This document shows positions 16,984-20,000 of a DNA stretch of 20,000 bases, piece by piece. Source of the DNA: Sphingomonadaceae bacterium (GTDB lineage Bacteria; Chloroflexota; UBA6077); NCBI GenBank assembly GCA_050261575.1, contig JBLNDL010000058.1, forward strand, positions 47,784 through 67,783. Reading direction: 5' to 3'. Below the pieces are notes generated by a model that saw only the letters and a list, made by a program, of their open reading frames with translations, did no database searches and was not told the origin of the DNA. The position numbers and the translations under genes are program-made. Each line of letters begins with the position of its first letter. Position 1 is the first letter of the stretch.

Positions 16984-17190
16984 CCGCTGCGCGGACCTCC
17001 GGCTGACACGAGGTGAGCGTGAGGTCCGCGCAGATCGCGGCCGCTTTCGGGAGACAGAGCGGCCCCCGGGAGGGCAGTCAACGCGCCTCTGGCGATGGAA
17101 TCTGGGCGAATCGGGGCGAGAAGACGTTCCAGGCCGCTCTCCCGAGGCGATTCGGGCGTGGAATGTGCCCTTTTGGCGCCTTCGGGTGCC
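16984..17190 (+). promoter_or_regulatory. CRISPR leader (207 bp)
   Basis: Non-coding region between cas2 and repeat 1. Perfect 13-bp inverted repeat CTGCGCGGACCTC (16987-16999) / GAGGTCCGCGCAG (17021-17033). Confidence 0.85.
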
Positions 17191-20000
17191 GTCGCACCCT
17201 GTCGTCGCACAGGGTGAGGATTGAAACAGCCACGGCCCGCACCGACTCCGGCGCCAGCTCGACGGTCGCACCCTGTCGTCGCACAGGGTGAGGATTGAAA
17301 CTCGATCCCCACAGCAGACAGGATATTGGAGGACGCGTCGCACCCTGTCGTCGCACAGGGTGAGGATTGAAACATAATAGAAACGAGGTATTGACGAGGT
17401 CTCGTTCATGTCGCACCCTGTCGTCGCACAGGGTGAGGATTGAAACATCGAGATGCCCGACGAGGGCATCGTAATAATAGCGGTCGCACCCTGTCGTCGC
17501 ACAGGGTGAGGATTGAAACGGCGCAGCAGAGTGGCCGCGGAGTGCCGCAGGTCGTGGTCGCACCCTGTCGTCGCACAGGGTGAGGATTGAAACATTAGAC
17601 CGTTCAGGCCCAACTATGGTGACGGGAGCGGTCGCACCCTGTCGTCGCACAGGGTGAGGATTGAAACCGGTAGCGCCCGCCGCAGACATGGCACAGCAGG
17701 GCGTCGCACCCTGTCGTCGCACAGGGTGAGGATTGAAACCCGGCATCCCATGTTGCTCTGACGGCATAATAGCTCGTCGCACCCTGTCGTCGCACAGGGT
17801 GAGGATTGAAACCTCTTAGGAACATCGGGCAAAGCGCCACACTCGCTGCGTCGCACCCTGTCGTCGCACAGGGTGAGGATTGAAACGGGTCCAGTGGTGG
17901 CAGCCAGTCAATGCCACCGGCAAGTCGCACCCTGTCGTCGCACAGGGTGAGGATTGAAACCTGTTGTTGCATCGAAGAAACTGCCGAGAGTGTTGGGTCG
18001 CACCCTGTCGTCGCACAGGGTGAGGATTGAAACCTCCACCCTCCCGCCCTGGTGGTCGTCACTGCCGGGCGTCGCACCCTGTCGTCGCACAGGGTGAGGA
18101 TTGAAACATGTCCCCCCCCCGTGGCCTTATTGATGATGCGAGTGTCGCACCCTGTCGTCGCACAGGGTGAGGATTGAAACTTCGAGGCCGCGGCCTGGCG
18201 CGAACGGCGTGAGCGAGGTCGCACCCTGTCGTCGCACAGGGTGAGGATTGAAACCGCGAGTCGATCGGGCAGGCGATGGGCCCGGCGATGGTCGCACCCT
18301 GTCGTCGCACAGGGTGAGGATTGAAACTCGACGGTCGGCGGCGCGGTGGGCCACATGATGCCGGGTCGCACCCTGTCGTCGCACAGGGTGAGGATTGAAA
18401 CGAGGGGGAGCCCGTCGTTGGCCTGCCGCCTCGCAATGTCGCACCCTGTCGTCGCACAGGGTGAGGATTGAAACCTCTCCTCTCCTGAGGGTCCGTCCCG
18501 ACGATGGGGAGGTCGCACCCTGTCGTCGCACAGGGTGAGGATTGAAACCCGAAACAGCCATGCGGCTTGGCCCGACATGGGGCCGTCGCACCCTGTCGTC
18601 GCACAGGGTGAGGATTGAAACGCTCGATGGCCAGCAGGCAGCTATCGCCGGTCGCTGTCGCACCCTGTCGTCGCACAGGGTGAGGATTGAAACATCCGGC
18701 AGACATAGCCACTGCCGTAGACGGCCCCGTCGCACCCTGTCGTCGCACAGGGTGAGGATTGAAACGCGTCCTGGCAGTGGAGCAGGGGGTCCGGGTGGGC
18801 GAGTCGCACCCTGTCGTCGCACAGGGTGAGGATTGAAACCGCCGAGAGCGCAACATCCTGCGCTCCCTTGAGGGGGTCGCACCCTGTCGTCGCACAGGGT
18901 GAGGATTGAAACCACCCGGTGTCTCGCCCGTCTGCTATACAGATGGCGGTCGTCGCACCCTGTCGTCGCACAGGGTGAGGATTGAAACTCGGTGAAATCG
19001 GCCTTGATCTCGGTGGCCGCGATCCGTCGCACCCTGTCGTCGCACAGGGTGAGGATTGAAACACAGCTGAATAGGGCGGGATAGTTGGCAGGCGACCCGT
19101 CGCACCCTGTCGTCGCACAGGGTGAGGATTGAAACGGGCTAAACGACTCATGGGAGACGTACTACCAGTGCGTCGCACCCTGTCGTCGCACAGGGTGAGG
19201 ATTGAAACTTGATACCTGCCTGGGCCATGAGAGCAAGAGCTGTGTCGCACCCTGTCGTCGCACAGGGTGAGGATTGAAACCCTTGCCCATCCTGCTAGCC
19301 GCCTGTCGTAAAGGTCAGTCGCACCCTGTCGTCGCACAGGGTGAGGATTGAAACATCACAAGCCGCCAGGCCGTCGAGGTGTCTACACCCAGTCGCACCC
19401 TGTCGTCGCACAGGGTGAGGATTGAAACCTCGGGCATGGGGCTCCTCATGGCCTGGAACGGGCGGGGGTCGCACCCTGTCGTCGCACAGGGTGAGGATTG
19501 AAACTTCGGCCTGGCCACCATGCCGCCGCTCAACACGAGGTCGCACCCTGTCGTCGCACAGGGTGAGGATTGAAACCAGCAGGCCGTCTCGGGCGTGCGC
19601 TACGCGCTGGTCGCACCCTGTCGTCGCACAGGGTGAGGATTGAAACTGGTGCCGCCGACCATGCCGGTACAGGGCGGCGAGTCGCACCCTGTCGTCGCAC
19701 AGGGTGAGGATTGAAACCAGTGCTGCAAGCCGCTCCCGCACCAGCATGGAACGTCGCACCCTGTCGTCGCACAGGGTGAGGATTGAAACGTGGGCGCGGC
19801 CAAAATCATCGAGATGCCCGACGAGGGTCGCACCCTGTCGTCGCACAGGGTGAGGATTGAAACACCAATACGCTCTCGATGTCCGTCATGTTGCCATCAG
19901 TCGCACCCTGTCGTCGCACAGGGTGAGGATTGAAACAGAAGCCGGGGGAGAATGTCGTACCCATCAATCCCGTGTCGCACCCTGTCGTCGCACAGGGTGA
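17191..20000 (+). CRISPR. Type I-C CRISPR array; repeat GTCGCACCCTGTCGTCGCACAGGGTGAGGATTGAAAC (37 bp); 38 full repeats + 1 truncated, 38 spacers of 33-39 bp; continues beyond the window
   Basis: Repeats read directly from 17191 to 19974 with no variants noticed. 8-bp stem CACCCTGT/ACAGGGTG. The 3' ATTGAAAC handle and leader position give + orientation. Confidence 0.99.

Noticed and set aside
17374..17409. Low-GC spacer 3 (14/36 GC) with an internal ACGAGGT repeat and short hairpin
   Set aside because: Plausibly just an intergenic protospacer; nothing supports a special function.
18989..19025. Spacer 25 shares 12 nt (GCCACCGAGATC, reverse complement) with cas3; spacer 8 shares GGCATAATAG with 5571-5580
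   Set aside because: Too short to indicate self-targeting; expected by chance. No full self-match was seen within the window by eye.
16896..19846. Many minus-strand ORFs with repeated FQSSPCATTGCD / VSILTLCDDRVR / FNPHPVRRQGAT
   Set aside because: Translations of the CRISPR repeat, not proteins.

Overview
High-GC bacterial window; the gene content is compatible with a Chloroflexota-like or other monoderm host, but that is inference only. The left half holds a 5'-truncated hypothetical protein with a PD-(D/E)xK-like motif, a GT9 glycosyltransferase, a fused two-module M16 zinc peptidase, a three-gene ABC-exporter operon with a NEW3/COG1470-like membrane-anchored protein, and a GYD-family protein on the minus strand. 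The right half is a complete type I-C CRISPR-Cas locus (cas3-cas5c-cas8c-cas7c-cas4-cas1-cas2, no cas6). A leader follows, then an array of 38 full identical 37-bp repeats, one truncated repeat and 38 spacers, running off the window. Main observations: cas2 appears to need a non-canonical ATC start; an in-frame cas11c start is hidden inside cas8c; two spacers overlap and expose the PAM-position bases (ATC); one spacer encodes a tyrosine-integrase catalytic motif; the leader is structured; and GTAG-type REP-like doublets occur in two intergenic regions.
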